Below the pieces are notes generated by a model. It did no database searches. It was not told the origin of the DNA and was given only the letters and a program-made list of their open reading frames with translations. Below are positions 1 to 10,923 of a DNA stretch of 64,000 bases, one piece after another. Location of the stretch: positions 8,804,001-8,868,000 of the forward strand of contig CAIIXF020000001.1 in assembly GCA_903813345.2 (NCBI GenBank), in the 5' to 3' direction. A program made the position numbers and the translations under genes. Positions within the stretch are counted from its first letter, which is position 1. Every line of letters starts with the position of its first letter. Origin of the DNA: Owenia fusiformis. Lineage: Eukaryota.

Positions 1-2397
1 ATCACTTGATGTTGACATTATATTAAAGGAAAATGAAGACAAACTTACTAATGACAGAAAATGAATCCTTGGAGTCTCTAATATTGCAACATTTTAATGA
101 AGCATTCCAGATAATTAGAAACCTGGAGAGGCTTGCAATGTAATACAATTCTACAAATATTGTATATCAAAGCAAGTAAAACAAGTTTGTTACTATAGTA
201 TTATAACTGATGCTCTAACTACAATTATTTTTTCTGATCAAGGAAAACTCATCATTGGCAATCAGTATCAGTGGTTGTTTAAAGTGGGGAAAGAGAAAAC
301 AAGTTGACAAAGGAATACAAATCTTGATTTAGGCATGTCAAATGGCCTTAGATCTGCAAATGTAATTAGGATAAGTGACATAAGTGAAAAAATAATGAGG
401 AAAATTGCTTGAAGAATTACTTAGGCCATCTCCTCATGCTACCACCAAACATAAGCACAGAGTCTAGTTCTCTACTAACAAAGCCCTCTTTTAAAAAGCG
501 AAGTCAAAGAATGCAAAGAGAACATACACACTTTATCAATTGATAAGTGATATATATATTTGTACAAGAAGCCATATACAACTCCTCGTTAACTTTTAAA
601 ACTGTAATGTCTATTTTTGCAAAGAATTTCTCCTCAAAGAATCCAATCAATCTTGAATATTTCATATAGATACTTCAATGACTTCATTGACAAGCTCTGG
701 TTGATGTTGCTAAAGATGTGATGTGTAATATGATGATAAAGAGTGAGTAGTAAATGCTTATTAACTTCATAGTGGTGACCTAGGAAACAAGGGCCTAAAG
801 AGGTGAAACCCATACTTCCTAAACAAATTGAAATAAATCAATGAGAAGCTCAACAGCTCAATAATAATCCTGATTTCCCAACATTGGAGATAAAGACATC
901 CCTTGCAAAATGTTGCTTTATCAATTTTATAATTCGACGCCTGGTCATGGAGACTATAAATATAACACCTATAGTCATGGAGACTATGTGATGTTCAAGC
1001 TAAAACAGCTTAAAACTATTATGAAACAAACTATAACATCTACTTGTACTATATATAGTAAAACCTGTATGAGAACAATGTTATTAGGTAGGAACACCTA
1101 AGTGAAACACTTTCCCAGTTACCCAATGAGTTATGGAGACATCTGTAAGTGGAACACCTCCCAAAGTAGAACATCATTTTAAGATACCAAAGGTATTCCC
1201 CTTAAACAGGCCCTACAGACTTAGCAACTACATGACTCAGTATTCCTTGGACATACCCTACAAGTTATATGGGTATGCACACTGTACCCTGATCATATCA
1301 TGAGCTACATATTATGGGGTGTTGATATTACAGTCATATATGAGAGTGAGTAGTACTCACAATTTGATAATACCAGAAGTTGGCCAAGCTCACATATAAA
1401 TGGGGAGTCATGGATTCTACCCATAGATACAACTTGTTTAAAATAAAATAAACTCCTAAACTAACTCTGAGATGAAGACCAAAGAGAACCTATATGGTTT
1501 ATTGTACATGTATTTCATGTATAGGGGATTACCTTAATCCAAACAAGCAAGATAAATCAATGGAGAAATTATTTCATAACGATCTAGCTTGGTACAATAT
1601 ACACAAGGAATATACAATAAATAGTTAAGTAATAGTACCAGGAAGAGAGAATTCCTCTTTAAGGGAAAATCACTGTTTTTTGACAGACATTGACAAATTT
1701 AGGCTCTTGCAAAGGGTCATTTTCTACCAATTACTACAATTTTACGGTTGATTATTTATTTTCACAGAAAATCCATATAAAACCTTAAATCCGATAAATC
1801 GCAGTATGATTTATATTTCATTTTTCCTCACCTAGAAAACTAATTTCATTTCAAAGCTTCTTGTATGAAGAACTCATGCCAAATCTTAAGATTTCTCATT
1901 TCCTTTTTGCTATTAAGCACTTCCATAAAGAGGTGCTTATAAGATCTCTTTAGAACCATAAGAAATGTCTTTAGGGTCCAATGATCAACTGATTGCAGTT
2001 TATTCTGTAGAAATACCCTTTGCAAAACTGATCACCTTTGGTTCATCCAAATTGCCACAATTTTCCAGATGTACAGCTGTATGCTAAAATAGTTTAACAT
2101 ATGAGTAGAGGTTGAGAATGAAAATAAGAACTATTTCCCACTTACCTTTGCTATTCTTTGCTATTGTTGGTGATGAGGTATGTATTTTCACTTTTCAGAC
2201 TTTCCTCTTTCAAATCTGAAAATATAAAGAGAAAATTGTTATATTTTACAATTTATAGTACTTTTGTTATTATATATTCTGTGTAAATCCCTAATATTTA
2301 TGATAAAGATCACAAATATGCTAAATTGTTCAGAGATTCCATTATCTATATAAATGTGATATTATAGGAATATCCTATGGTTTTGAAAAAATATCAT

Positions 2398-2900
2398 TTA
2401 TATCCATGAGTGGATATTGATATCTTCATGAGTGAGCGCAGCGAATGAGTGAAGATATTTGTATCCATGAGTGGATATAATTGATATTTTTGAAAAACCA
2501 TGGGATTGTCCGTTTATCCCATGGGAAATCATCATCAGCGAAAAAAGTTGAAAAATATAATTTGAGAAAAAATTTGAAAATATAATTGAAAAAATTGTGA
2601 AAAATTGTTGAAATATTTTTGGAAATTTTGAAAATCTTTTTAAATATTTTTGAAAATAATAAAAAAAATGTAAAAAGAATTTTTTTGAAAAAATTCGAAA
2701 CCATCGAATATCACTTTTAAAACCATCGAATATCACTTTTCAAACCATCGAATATCACTTTTTAAGACGTGATATTCGATAGTTTAAAAGTGATATTCGA
2801 TGGTTTGCGAATTTTATGCTAAAATATGATATCTTGATCCACATATCAAATATATCTTCATGTGATATTCGATCTATATCCTTGTAACCATGGGATAAAT
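2398..2900. mobile_element. Hairpin-type non-autonomous DNA element
   Basis: Imperfect palindrome centred on GAGTGAGCGCAGCGAATGAGTG. Second inverted pair TTTATCCCATGG / CCATGGGATAAA. Internal AAACCATCGAATATCACTTTT x3 plus inverted copies (~2698-2806). Confidence 0.65.
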
Positions 2901-5382
2901 ATTCTTCTCCTAACCTACTGTTTGTCTTGTTAAAATTGATCAGATGTTATCTGTCAGATGTTTATATTTCACCAGTTCTTTCAATATAGTATGGCGTAAT
3001 GCATTGACAAGATAGATTTAACAATAAAGGACATCCAGATGCTTAACAACTACAGCAAACAAATTTAACATTTATAAATACTTTTTGTTGCTTCCAAGCA
3101 TGATCAAATAGTTACCTATGATTGAATTTCACATACATTGGTAATTACAGATGTCACTCTCAGTTTTTGATTTATGCAATTGCGTGTTCTGAAGCATTAG
3201 TATTTACTCTTTAATAACATGTAGGTTGGGCTGATAGATAGGCTTTAATAGCACTGATTGTTAATCTTGAGATTACAAGGGTGTTTGCCATCACTAATAG
3301 CATATCCTTTTGTTCTTTCCTTTCTCATTCAGATCAATAAGAATCAACAATACATTTCTATGTAAAGCTCCTTTATTTATGGAGAAAATTATTTTCTTAG
3401 TATTTTTTACATAATCATGTGGCTATGTATTAAGTGAAAATAGATTCTCTAAATCACAACATACAGCGTGACATATACCACAGTTAAAATAAATGCAAAT
3501 CAATCATTATACTATAATCAAAAAAATATTTACTGATATAAAAAAACATTTATTGATACAAAAAATAACTTTGTAGTGTGAACTTTCGAGATAAAGATAA
3601 GGCATATAATATACAACCAAAACTTAAAAAATGATACCACTTAAAGGTTTATGTATTCTAAAGGGAACTCACAAGACAGTCAACTTATCCCTTTGTAAAC
3701 CGCAGAGGTCTTGTGTACCTCCTAAACCAACAAATATTGAGACTTAAAACACATTTCAAAGCTCATTTGATCTTTCTCTCAATATTTTGACACTGCTCAT
3801 GATATTTTTCCAATCTGATTATGTTGGACTGAAGGTATCTAATCTAATGTTGAAATAAACATTAAAGGGTATAATATAGAGCCCTGGGTTATGCTACAGA
3901 TTACATTTGCTTTAAATCAGATCACTGCCATAAGTTGTGAGTTTAACTTTGTAAGAAATGAACCTTCTTATACTGTATATTGAATAGTTTTGACAGATAT
4001 TAAATAAACACGGTTTGATCTCCTAATCAAATACTAGAACCCTCTGTATTTTACCTTTCACAAGGGTATTGTAAGATTATATCAGAAGGAAAACTGTAAC
4101 ATCATCAGTAGGAGTGAAAGGGTAGTGTCAGAAACATTTGTAGATTCTGTGGAAACACATTATGATTAAAACATACATAAGACTATTCTGACAAAATAAT
4201 GCTGACATTTCCAAATGATGATATCTAATCTATTTCAAAAACCTCATCTTTAGAATAATGAAAACTGGTTTACATGTATTTTTGATGTTAAAAACTCAAT
4301 ATCCTTTTTTATTTTTAATCTGTGACATAATGTGTTCTATCTTTCTTCATGCATTACAATAATGTCATATGACATTTGCACTGCAGTCATATTTCTACAA
4401 TTCATTGATCATTCTACTCACAACATACACATATAAGTGATTTATATGATCAATAAAACAAGCAAAACAATGGCTTCATTGAGGTTTTATTGATGAAGCA
4501 ATATTGCACTTACCTTGATGGATTATGTTCATGTAAAGTTAGATTTCATCTACTCCTGTTATTAGATATTTCACGGTATTAATGTCAGCCAAAGGTTCAC
4601 CAACATGTGCTTTGAGATAATATATCTATAAATATGCTCTTGACTATATTCTTGCCTAATCAAATCACTGCACTATGAGACCTGGCAAAAATGTTTGGAT
4701 TGGTTGGTGTTCACATTTCGAGGTTTTTTAAAAACATTGAAGTCTGCAGTAGATTAACCATCAAGAGGTGTTCAAATATACAGGTTTTTACTATATCATT
4801 AGAGAACGGAAATCCTTTGAGGATGATGCTGATTGAGAGATTTCATCATATACAGCTTATAGTGACTTGTATGATTGATCAAGTTTATGCTTTGGTAGAG
4901 TAAAAATAAAATCATTAACACATATTAATTCATAGTAAGTTGAAATTTCATGTTATATCATCTAGCATAAAAACAACTCTAAAGTAAAATAAAAACAACT
5001 TTACCACAAGATTGTTACTTAATTTTATTATATATATTATATATGATATTTTTACTTACTTTTTAAAACATCTAAACACCAGGTCCATAACTGTTGTAAA
5101 TAACATACAGGGAAAAACCATTAAACTGTCCATACAAGTTGTTTTCTGAACATGCCAAGCTCAAAAGCATCATTGTACAGTTGTTGTGGCACATCTGGTT
5201 TGAAGGGAATAAACACACTTAGCTTGTGTTTAAACTATAGGTGGGGACATGCTCATTCCATGTTATTTATCTCTAGTACTTTGAAGAAGTGTCTGATTTG
5301 CCTGTATTTTTGCATGACTAAGAGTTTTGACTATACATCTGTTTATTTTGCTAATTTACAATTCCACATATTTCCATGATAT

Positions 5383-6252
5383 TGTAGCGGTAGCACAATT
5401 TTTATTATTAATTATATTCGTTCATTAATTACACATTGATACATTTTACTTTTAACATAACATTTATATGCGTTAAAAAGAGCAGAGTGTCCCCTTTTTA
5501 ATGGTTTTTACCCCGTGTAAATCAGATTAGTATTTTTCGAGTTATGACAATTTGAAAAACATGAGTAAATTGAGATTATTTCGTTTTGTCGGCACTGCCG
5601 TAATAGTTGTCCAGCTTTAGCGATCAATAATTTACTTAGATCTTGGACGGGTCACTTTGAAGTTTTAATTAGTTTGACAAGTTGACAGCTTGGGCTGGTC
5701 TCCGCCCCCTTAATTTGCATATTTCTCGAACGATCGTAAGACTTTTGTTGGGAAAGTCAGTCCTGAGTTTGTATCTGAAGAGATAGGAGGTTCAATTTCT
5801 CCATTTTTATAAAGTCTCAAGTTTTAGTATTCTGCGAGCATCTCAGTGTTTGGATTATTACACTCATTTGATCATACAAGTGGATTTATCATATAACTGG
5901 ATTTATAGCTGGATTTATAATTGGATTATACTTATTGGATTTAACGGATTATTGTCATCATGTCATACACACCTGTAAGGTAAATAAAGTTATTTGTTGT
6001 TTATTGTCTAGAAATCGAAATCATATCTTTTGTTCAGTTATTCTTCATGCAGTAAATTACAATATCCATTAGTGACCATTAAGATACAAATTCCTTTCAC
6101 GCACAAGACGTATCCACACATCATCTTTCCAGTGCCATTTATTGTTAAAGGGGTTTCCGCTCGGCCCAATTCATTCTTTCCAGTAATTATTATTTGGATC
6201 ATTTTATTCCATACTGGTGAAAAACATTTCATTTTAAATAACTCCCGCCACA
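5383..6252 (+). repeat. 5' LTR (870 bp)
   Basis: Matches 12109-12978 with no differences seen by eye. Contains short TGGATTTA-like repeats (~5880-5950) and an AATAAA near 5984. Confidence 0.96.
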
Positions 6253-6253
6253 C

Positions 6254-6276
6254 TGTTGGCTTAGCGTTGGGATTCG
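6254..6276 (+). promoter_or_regulatory. Primer-binding site, tRNA-Leu-like (degenerate)
   Basis: TGTTGGCTTAGCGTTGGGATTCG lies 1 bp after the LTR. It resembles TGGTGGCAGCGGTGGGATTCG, the complement of a typical eukaryotic tRNA-Leu 3' end, with mismatches and a 2-nt insertion. Confidence 0.65.
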
Positions 6277-6732
6277 CAAGATATTGAATGTTATATTGTT
6301 GTTTCTATTGTGAGATAATATTTTGCATTTTCTTGTGGTGTTAAAGGCTTGTATCTGTCTCGCAAAACTTGAGATAACTTCACGGTAACTTTGCAGTGCA
6401 AACTTGGGACTCACCATTTATAATTCGGGGGGATTTTTCCTCACTGATGTCATTTCATTGTTTTATTAACAGTGCCCAAGTGAACTTTAGTAGTGTAAGT
6501 CGACCCAAATCGGATCTACATTGTTCATACTTGAGTACATGTATATGATAATACTCCTTAGCAATTGGTTTTCTACAGAATGCAGTAATAAAGGGTCCAT
6601 GTTAATTCGGTGGTCGTAAATCTGTATTTGAGAAACTAGTTCTTTGAGAGTTGTGATATATTGCAATATTGTATTGGTTGCAGGCGCCCGTAATTGTCCT
6701 GTATATTGTAATATTGTATTTTGTTTGAAGGT

Positions 6733-7163
6733 GCCCAGAATTTTATATTCTGCGCGGAGCTCCATAGAGAGACATTATATTGGGTAATTATTAAAACTCA
6801 ACCTTGTATTATTAGCCCAGGGTAACACCTGCGCGGAGCTCCTGTGTGAGACATATAGTTGAGTAATCTCTGAACCCAATATTGTATATTTTAGCCCAGG
6901 AGCAATCCTGCGCGAAGCTCGGACTGGAAAATTTATTTACCGTTCGGAGCAATACTCATTGATAATATTTGCCCAGGAGCAATCCTGCGCGGAGCCCATA
7001 AGGGACATTTATTAAATTTGCAAAGCACATTGTGTTATTATTATATTGCCCAGGTTAATCCCTGCGCGGAGCTCTTAATGAGACATTTATGAAAATATTG
7101 TGAGTATAAAATTTCTGTGAATTGCCCAGGTTTATTCCTGCGCGGAGCCTCTGAGAAGGACAT
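6733..7163 (+). repeat. Array of six interspaced structured repeats in the retroelement 5' leader
   Basis: Units start at 6733, 6815, 6894, 6971, 7048 and 7124. Consensus is GCC-CAGG(loop)CCTG-CGCGGAG-stem(loop)stem-ACAT, separated by AT-rich, largely unique spacers. Confidence 0.9.
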
Positions 7164-7443
7164 ACATTTATCTTGATAGAGTTGACTCTCAATGAAATTG
7201 ATTGTGAGGAAAATTTCTGATCACTGTAGAGTAGTCAATGTGTTGAGTTGTCTGCGAAGTGAGCACTGAACAGGGAGGGGACAATGTAATGATGTGTTCA
7301 TGGAGTCTCCACTGAAAGGGTGTACATTCAATTGTGCAACCCTTCCCCCACTCTTATAGTGATCTTGAATTTTTCTATTATTTTGAGAGTTTGCTCATTC
7401 ATGATATAATTATAAACACAGAATAGAATCATTGCTCATCAAT

Positions 7444-10400
7444 ATGGCATCTGACCGAGACTCTGATCAGATGGATTTAACACAATGTGCAAACAGCGCT
7501 CGCTCGAGCCCAGATAATACTGTTTTTATCAAAGGGAATAATAAAGAAATAGATAATCCCTTGGCCTCAGATAATACTGTTACGTGGCAGAATGAAATGC
7601 GCCTTGCTCAAGGGCCTGGTGCTATTTTGAAAAATTTTGAATCTGTCAGAGTGCCAAAAAGTACAGGCTATTGGTCACGGGAGAATGATCCATTGTTCAG
7701 CCCCGTAAATGAGCTCACAAATGAGGGAGTAAAGCCTGCTCCTCGAACATCCACAGTGATGCGTTCCTCAGATGCTGAAAATGCTAAATCAATGAGTGAA
7801 CAAATTGGCTATTTGTGGAGCAATATTGAGCTCATCAACCATAAATTTGATAAAATTGATAGCAACTTGGATATGAGTGCTCTTGAGAAAAATGTTTCCA
7901 TGGCAGTAGCTCAAGCACTGGTCCCTGTTCTGAAAACAGGTGTTAATTCAGCAGTTGCTGAGGCAATGGCTCCAGTAATAGAAATGAGCCAAAATCAAAA
8001 TATGGCCCTACAAGAGCAAATGAATGAAAGTCTCTCCAAACAGAAATCTGAATTGCTCAAACTGATAAATAGTAAGACTGTTATGGAAGAGAAAATTTCA
8101 CATGATGAAGTGAAGTTATCACACATGTATGATAATGAGAGGACTCATGAGGAGCAATCAAGAGATTTTAAGAGGAAAGAAATTTCTCCTCCTCCTCCTC
8201 CTCCTCCTCGGCCATATGCTCTAAAAAGACAGAGCGCATTTTATCAGCCTCATTCTCATAGAGAAAATGAGTTGCTTGCTCCTGAGCAAAAAGTACCTGC
8301 TAGTGTATACGCTCAGCCAGGTGAGAGAAATGTTATGTTTGCTCCTCCTAATACGCCAACTTCTGAGCGAAGTGAATTGTATAGGAGTGGAGTTCAGAGT
8401 AGCTCAGACTCTGGAGCAAGCAGAAGTGCTGCTCATGAGGAGTACACTCCTCCTCTTACTATGGATAATGAGCATTCTCTCAATAATCAAGGAGTCCAGA
8501 GTAGCTCAGATTCTGGAGCAAGCCGGAGTGTTGCTCATGAGGAGTACACTCCTCCTCTTGCAATGAAAAATGAGCATTACAATGAGCAACATTATGAGCA
8601 AGATGAGCGCTCCAGTAGATATTTTGAAAATGTTCATGATTTAACTCATTCTCTCCAAAATGCTCAAGGAGAAAAGAGAAGCTCTTCTTTTATGAATGAG
8701 CGTAAAAAGAGACATGAGCAAGATAATGATGAATTTACCTCATATAACTCTCAAAGAGAGGCCTATGGCTCCTCTTATATGATGAACGCATTTAGAGATG
8801 TTACTCAAACACTCTCAGATGTGGTAAAATCTGTATCATCCAGGCAAAATAATGATAAGGCTGTGAAAATCAGACCTGATAAATATGAGGGTACATCCCC
8901 ATGGCTAGATTATGTGAGACACTTTGAAGTGTGCTCTTCCTCCAATAGATGGAGTGATATTGAAAAACGAGATTTTCTAGCTTCTAGCTTACGTGGCCAA
9001 GCTCAACAAATCTTGAATGAGGTTGAATTAGAGTACACCTATCAAGATTTGGTTAATGCATTGAGTAAACGATTTGGCCCTGAGGGTAAAGCAAAATTGT
9101 ATGAGGCTGAATTTAATAATCGTCAGCAAAGACCTCATGAGCCAATACAAAAGCTGGCGCAAGATATGAGAAGGCTCGCAGCCTTAGCATATCCTGAAAT
9201 GTCACGAGAGGCCCAAGATAGGTTGGCCCGTGCCAGGTTCCAACATGCTTTACTGGATGATCAAATCCGGGAAACAATTAATATAAAGGAACCAGAGACT
9301 CTAGATAGAGCAGTGATAATTGCTCTCAAGCAAGAGTCATATCTTGAGTCAGAGAGGATTCGAAAGAGTTCGAAACTAAAGTCCCCAACAGATGAAATGT
9401 CTGCTATTGATGAAAGGCTAGAATCTGATGATTCAGCTGAAATAAGTGCTCTTAATGAGGCTGATAAATTAGAGCAAATTATGGCTAAATTATTGGCAGC
9501 GCAGAATGCGCAAGCTACAGCCCAGATTGATAACTTTGAGAAAATGTTGGCTGGATTTTCAGAGAAAATACCTCAACAAAAACCTCGAGCTGAAGTGACC
9601 TGTTTCTATTGTGGAAAGAAAGGACACATAAGTAGAAAATGCAGCTCTCGAAATGGAGGAAAGAAAATTGATTCCTCAGTTGCTCCTCCAAAGTTTGTGG
9701 AGTTAGAAACTCCCGAGGGTGAGGTATATGGCAGCCAAGTTGTGAGCATGTCAAATGATAAATCTGGTTTTGCGGCCAAAGAGGAAATGAATGAGGCACA
9801 AATAGAGCATTGCCAGTATCAGCCCATAGAGACTGAGCAAGAGAAGGCGAACTCTGTTATAGAGAGCCCTTCCAGAGTTACCTCATCACCAGTAGATACA
9901 GACATTGAGTGTGTTCATGTCGATTTCTCTAATAGAAAGAAGCTGCTAGATTTTGATGTTCGCTCATCAAAGTTGAGTAGCATAGAGCACCAGAGCACAA
10001 AGAGGAAATATGATCCTCTGAATTCCCTCTCTGGTAAATGTTATGCTCATGTTGAAAATGGGAATTGTATAAATGATAAAACAAGTTCTAAGTGTAGGAA
10101 CTTGGAGCGCCAGAGCACAAAGAGGAAATATTATCCTCTGAATTCCCTCTCTGGAGAAAACAGCGCTCATATAATGGAAGGGAATAAAACTGATAATGAA
10201 AGTAGCTCTACAGATAGGAGCACAGAGCCCCAGAGCAAAAAGAGGAAATGCGCACCTCTGAGTTCCCTCTCTGGAAAAATGAATGCTCATTATGATAAAG
10301 GGAGCACTGAATATAGGAGCTCGGAAAACCAGAGCATGAGGAGAATTGAATCTCCAGCTCCTCCTCCTGAAAAATGTAATAATAGCGCACAGGGAGCAAA

Positions 10401-10923
10401 TGATGAGGAGAGCTCTGGTTGTAAAATTCTCTCAAATTGCTCAATGAGAGAAACAAAATCTGTAGAGAAGAGCACTGTGTATGAGGACAAAACATTGGCA
10501 ACTGAAATGCTCACTCATTTAGAAGAGGTCCTCAAAACTAGCTCAGAGAGAATGAGTAATGAACCGGTGTTAGAGTTCACAAAAACGGAGGGAAAGATAA
10601 ATGAGCAGCATGTAGAGCTCTCAAGAGTGTCAACTGCACTCCTCCCTTCAGTGACTGAAACCTCTCAGATTGATAAAGCGTCCACAGAGTTTGCACTCCC
10701 GTGGAAAAACAGTGCAGCTCCCATCTTACAATTGCGAGCAACTCATATGTTTAAAACACATTGCACTGTTGTATTGTACTCCTGTTCTCTACATGAACTG
10801 GAGCGTTTTCTTTCCAGGACCAGCGATGAATATGTGTGTGCTCATGTGAAAGCCTCTGTACCCAGGGACTGGAAGAAGAGGAAAAAGGTGCAAAGTGACT
10901 ATAATGAAGATGTTATAAGATGA
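7444..10923 (+). CDS. gag: Retrotransposon Gag-like polyprotein (~1159 aa from ATG 7444) with capsid-like region and CCHC zinc knuckle; no protease, RT, RNase H or integrase
   Basis: ORF track 7432..10923 (first ATG at 7444). Gag signature KIRPDKYEGTSPWLDYVRHFEVCSSSNRWSDIEKRDFLASSLRGQA...RQQRPHEPIQKLAQDMRRLAALAYP. Zinc knuckle CFYCGKKGHISRKC. No D[TS]G or YxDD motif. Confidence 0.9.
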   Translation: MASDRDSDQMDLTQCANSARSSPDNTVFIKGNNKEIDNPLASDNTVTWQNEMRLAQGPGAILKNFESVRVPKSTGYWSRENDPLFSPVNELTNEGVKPAPRTSTVMRSSDAENAKSMSEQIGYLWSNIELINHKFDKIDSNLDMSALEKNVSMAVAQALVPVLKTGVNSAVAEAMAPVIEMSQNQNMALQEQMNESLSKQKSELLKLINSKTVMEEKISHDEVKLSHMYDNERTHEEQSRDFKRKEISPPPPPPPRPYALKRQSAFYQPHSHRENELLAPEQKVPASVYAQPGERNVMFAPPNTPTSERSELYRSGVQSSSDSGASRSAAHEEYTPPLTMDNEHSLNNQGVQSSSDSGASRSVAHEEYTPPLAMKNEHYNEQHYEQDERSSRYFENVHDLTHSLQNAQGEKRSSSFMNERKKRHEQDNDEFTSYNSQREAYGSSYMMNAFRDVTQTLSDVVKSVSSRQNNDKAVKIRPDKYEGTSPWLDYVRHFEVCSSSNRWSDIEKRDFLASSLRGQAQQILNEVELEYTYQDLVNALSKRFGPEGKAKLYEAEFNNRQQRPHEPIQKLAQDMRRLAALAYPEMSREAQDRLARARFQHALLDDQIRETINIKEPETLDRAVIIALKQESYLESERIRKSSKLKSPTDEMSAIDERLESDDSAEISALNEADKLEQIMAKLLAAQNAQATAQIDNFEKMLAGFSEKIPQQKPRAEVTCFYCGKKGHISRKCSSRNGGKKIDSSVAPPKFVELETPEGEVYGSQVVSMSNDKSGFAAKEEMNEAQIEHCQYQPIETEQEKANSVIESPSRVTSSPVDTDIECVHVDFSNRKKLLDFDVRSSKLSSIEHQSTKRKYDPLNSLSGKCYAHVENGNCINDKTSSKCRNLERQSTKRKYYPLNSLSGENSAHIMEGNKTDNESSSTDRSTEPQSKKRKCAPLSSLSGKMNAHYDKGSTEYRSSENQSMRRIESPAPPPEKCNNSAQGANDEESSGCKILSNCSMRETKSVEKSTVYEDKTLATEMLTHLEEVLKTSSERMSNEPVLEFTKTEGKINEQHVELSRVSTALLPSVTETSQIDKASTEFALPWKNSAAPILQLRATHMFKTHCTVVLYSCSLHELERFLSRTSDEYVCAHVKASVPRDWKKRKKVQSDYNEDVIR

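Noticed and set aside
2398-2736. Phe/Lys-rich ORFs
   Set aside because: Low-complexity AT-rich interior of a non-autonomous element.
5770-5820. Hammerhead ribozyme in the LTR (CTGAAGAG), i.e. a retrozyme
   Set aside because: No stem II followed by GAAA and no closing helices found.
6030-6287. Short ORFs duplicated at 12756-13007
   Set aside because: They lie within the LTRs; no coding evidence.
6733-7163. Bona fide CRISPR array
   Set aside because: Eukaryotic retroelement context, no cas genes, repeats vary internally, and some spacers resemble each other. Kept as a structured repeat array instead.
6733-7163. Known ribozyme (twister, HDV-like or hammerhead)
   Set aside because: GCCC...GCGGAG superficially recalls twister, and minus-strand stem-GGC(T/A)AA recalls the HDV J4/2 strand. 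The UAA cleavage strand, L4 loop, P1/P3 pseudoknot elements and CUGANGA/GAAA cores are not visible.
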